15,567 nt of DNA from a bacterium (lineage in GTDB: Bacteria; Fidelibacterota; UBA8477; JABMPR01), in the NCBI GenBank assembly GCA_013202895.1, contig JABMPR010000293.1:1-15567 (forward strand). Direction: 5' to 3'. A program made the position numbers and the translations under genes. The notes beneath the pieces were generated by a model. It saw only the letters and a list, made by a program, of their open reading frames with translations. It was not told the DNA's origin and did not search any database. Below are positions 14,291-15,567 of the stretch, piece by piece. Every line of letters begins with the position of its first letter. Position 1 is the first letter of the stretch.

Positions 14291-15567
14291 TGAAACTGGC
14301 TAAAGTAATATATCGGCTCTCTGGCATCCAGAAAATCGCTGGTGATCTTGACTGTGAGATTACCGAAATGACACATGATTCCAGGGATGTTGGATCAAAC
14401 ACTCTATTCATTGCCATGCGTGGGCTTGTATCGGATGGACACGAATTTATTGATAAAGCACTTGAAGCTGGAGCCAAAGCAATTGTTTTTGATCGTTCGG
14501 AAATAATTCTCCCTGGGAATATAGTCTCGATCCTGGTCAACGATTCTCGCCTGGCACTTCCAGTTCTTGCTGCCAATTTCTATGAGCATCCGGAATCTGA
14601 TTTGAATCTAATTGGAATTACCGGGACCAATGGCAAAACCACCTGCAATTATTTCATCCAACATTTATTATCCGCGGGCCAACTGAAGACAGGCAGGATC
14701 GGCACTACAGGGGCTGCATTGGATTCACTTGAGATAGATCTGATACACACAACTCCGGAATCTATCGATCTTTATTCAATCCTTAACACATTTGCAAAAG
14801 CGAATGCAAAAGTTGTAACGCTTGAGGTGTCCTCGCACGCTCTTGCACAACATCGGGTGGATGGTCTGGTTTTCAAAACGGCCATTTTCACAAACCTCAC
14901 TCAAGATCATCTCGATTATCACAATACTTTCGATGATTATCTGGAAGCAAAGCAGCTGCTCTTCACCGGGCTCCCCTCACATGCAATTGCCATAATCAAT
15001 TCAGATGACCCAGCAGCTGAGAAAATCATTTCACAAAGTAACGCTCGGGTCGTTCGCTATGGATATGGACCTAAAGCAAATTACCGCATCACAAAAAGCA
15101 TCTTAAATGATCGTGGCATTGAACTGCATATACAAACGCCTAATGAAGCATTTGTTGTCCAGGTTAATACTATTGGCAAGTACAACACCTATAATTTTCT
15201 AGCTGTCTTCACTGTCGCCCTGGAAATGGGTTGTGAAAGCGGTCTTATTGTCAAAGCATCCGAAAGTCTGCCAGCAGTTCCTGGTCGTCTGGAAAAGATG
15301 GTTAATACAGCACCCTTTAAAGTTTTCATCGATTATGCCCACACACCAGATGCCATGCAAACTGTCCTGGAAACCTTAGGTGAAGCCTACCCGTCGAATC
15401 GGATTATAACAGTTTTTGGCTGTGGTGGGGATCGTGATAAAGGGAAACGTCCAATAATGGGTGAGATTGCCACCAGGTTATCAACCTTTTGCATTATTAC
15501 TGATGATAATCCCAGATCAGAGTCACCCATGGATATCATAAAAGAGATAGAATCCGGCTGCGGGTCC
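14290..15567 (+). CDS. murE: UDP-N-acetylmuramoyl-L-alanyl-D-glutamate--2,6-diaminopimelate ligase MurE (3'-truncated by the window edge)
   Basis: This ORF is absent from the ORF track because it has no stop in the window. The ATG at 14290 overlaps the ftsI stop (TGATG), and the frame stays open for 426 codons to 15567. My translation begins MKLAKVIYRLSGIQKIAGDLDCEITEMTHDSRDVGSNTLFIAMRGLVSDGHEFIDKA. The Mur-ligase P-loop GITGTNGKTT lies at 14614-14643. The DNPR motif (15505-15516) is characteristic of meso-DAP-adding MurE. Confidence 0.9.
   Translation, partial: MKLAKVIYRLSGIQKIAGDLDCEITEMTHDSRDVGSNTLFIAMRGLVSDGHEFIDKALEAGAKAIVFDRSEIILPGNIVSILVNDSRLALPVLAANFYEHPESDLNLIGITGTNGKTTCNYFIQHLLSAGQLKTGRIGTTGAALDSLEIDLIHTTPESIDLYSILNTFAKANAKVVTLEVSSHALAQHRVDGLVFKTAIFTNLTQDHLDYHNTFDDYLEAKQLLFTGLPSHAIAIINSDDPAAEKIISQSNARVVRYGYGPKANYRITKSILNDRGIELHIQTPNEAFVVQVNTIGKYNTYNFLAVFTVALEMGCESGLIVKASESLPAVPGRLEKMVNTAPFKVFIDYAHTPDAMQTVLETLGEAYPSNRIITVFGCGGDRDKGKRPIMGEIATRLSTFCIITDDNPRSESPMDIIKEIESGCGS

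Noticed and set aside
203-14589. All minus-strand ORFs in the track: 203-457, 647-868, 1235-1453, 2184-2525, 2413-2604, 2856-3092, 3777-4118, 5396-5605, 5633-5827, 6950-7195, 7504-7746, 7819-8196, 8723-8956, 13033-13257, 14217-14576 and 14404-14589.
   Set aside because: Each lies antisense within (or across a junction of) a + strand gene with strong family motifs. Their translations are low-complexity or Arg/Ser/Cys-rich with no recognisable motifs. None has a convincing SD. They are most simply shadow ORFs.
1-15567. I searched for CRISPR arrays, IS or transposon ends, integrases, tRNA/rRNA genes and large repeats.
   Set aside because: I saw no spaced repeat arrays, no transposase- or integrase-like translations, no tRNA-like TPsiC/acceptor signatures and no obvious compositional break by eye. 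A by-eye scan cannot exclude short or degenerate elements.

Overview
This 15.6 kb window is coding on the + strand throughout. I found no rRNA, tRNA, CRISPR array, transposase or integrase. Gene order: (1) PpiD-like periplasmic chaperone/parvulin PPIase (11-1828), followed by a clear rho-independent terminator. (2) A tightly packed four-gene module (1973-4667): a small CxxCH haem-binding-domain protein, a MotA-type stator channel, and two divergent MotB/OmpA-type genes that overlap each other. (3) A 1,290-1,310 aa PorU-like C25 cysteine peptidase with a T9SS-type C-terminal sorting domain (4790-8671), whose stop codon directly abuts maf (8672-9265). (4) A RodZ-like HTH membrane protein (9393-10187). 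(5) A 441-bp non-coding spacer ending in two 18-bp MraZ-box-like direct repeats that overlap a TATAAT. (6) The start of the dcw cluster, mraZ-rsmH-ftsL-ftsI-murE (10629-15567); murE runs off the window. The PorU-like sortase and T9SS-type CTD suggest an FCB-superphylum organism. The strong Shine-Dalgarno sites (AAGGAGG, AGAGGAG) argue against a classical Bacteroidia translation style. The MurE DNPR motif suggests meso-DAP peptidoglycan. All three points are inference. The most unusual element is the haem-protein/MotA/MotB/MotB' module, which sits beside a T9SS sortase gene with no flagellar genes in view. The conserved FliG-contact residues in MotA keep 'orphan flagellar stator' as the null hypothesis. 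All calls rest on reading motifs in the supplied translations. No database or HMM search was possible.
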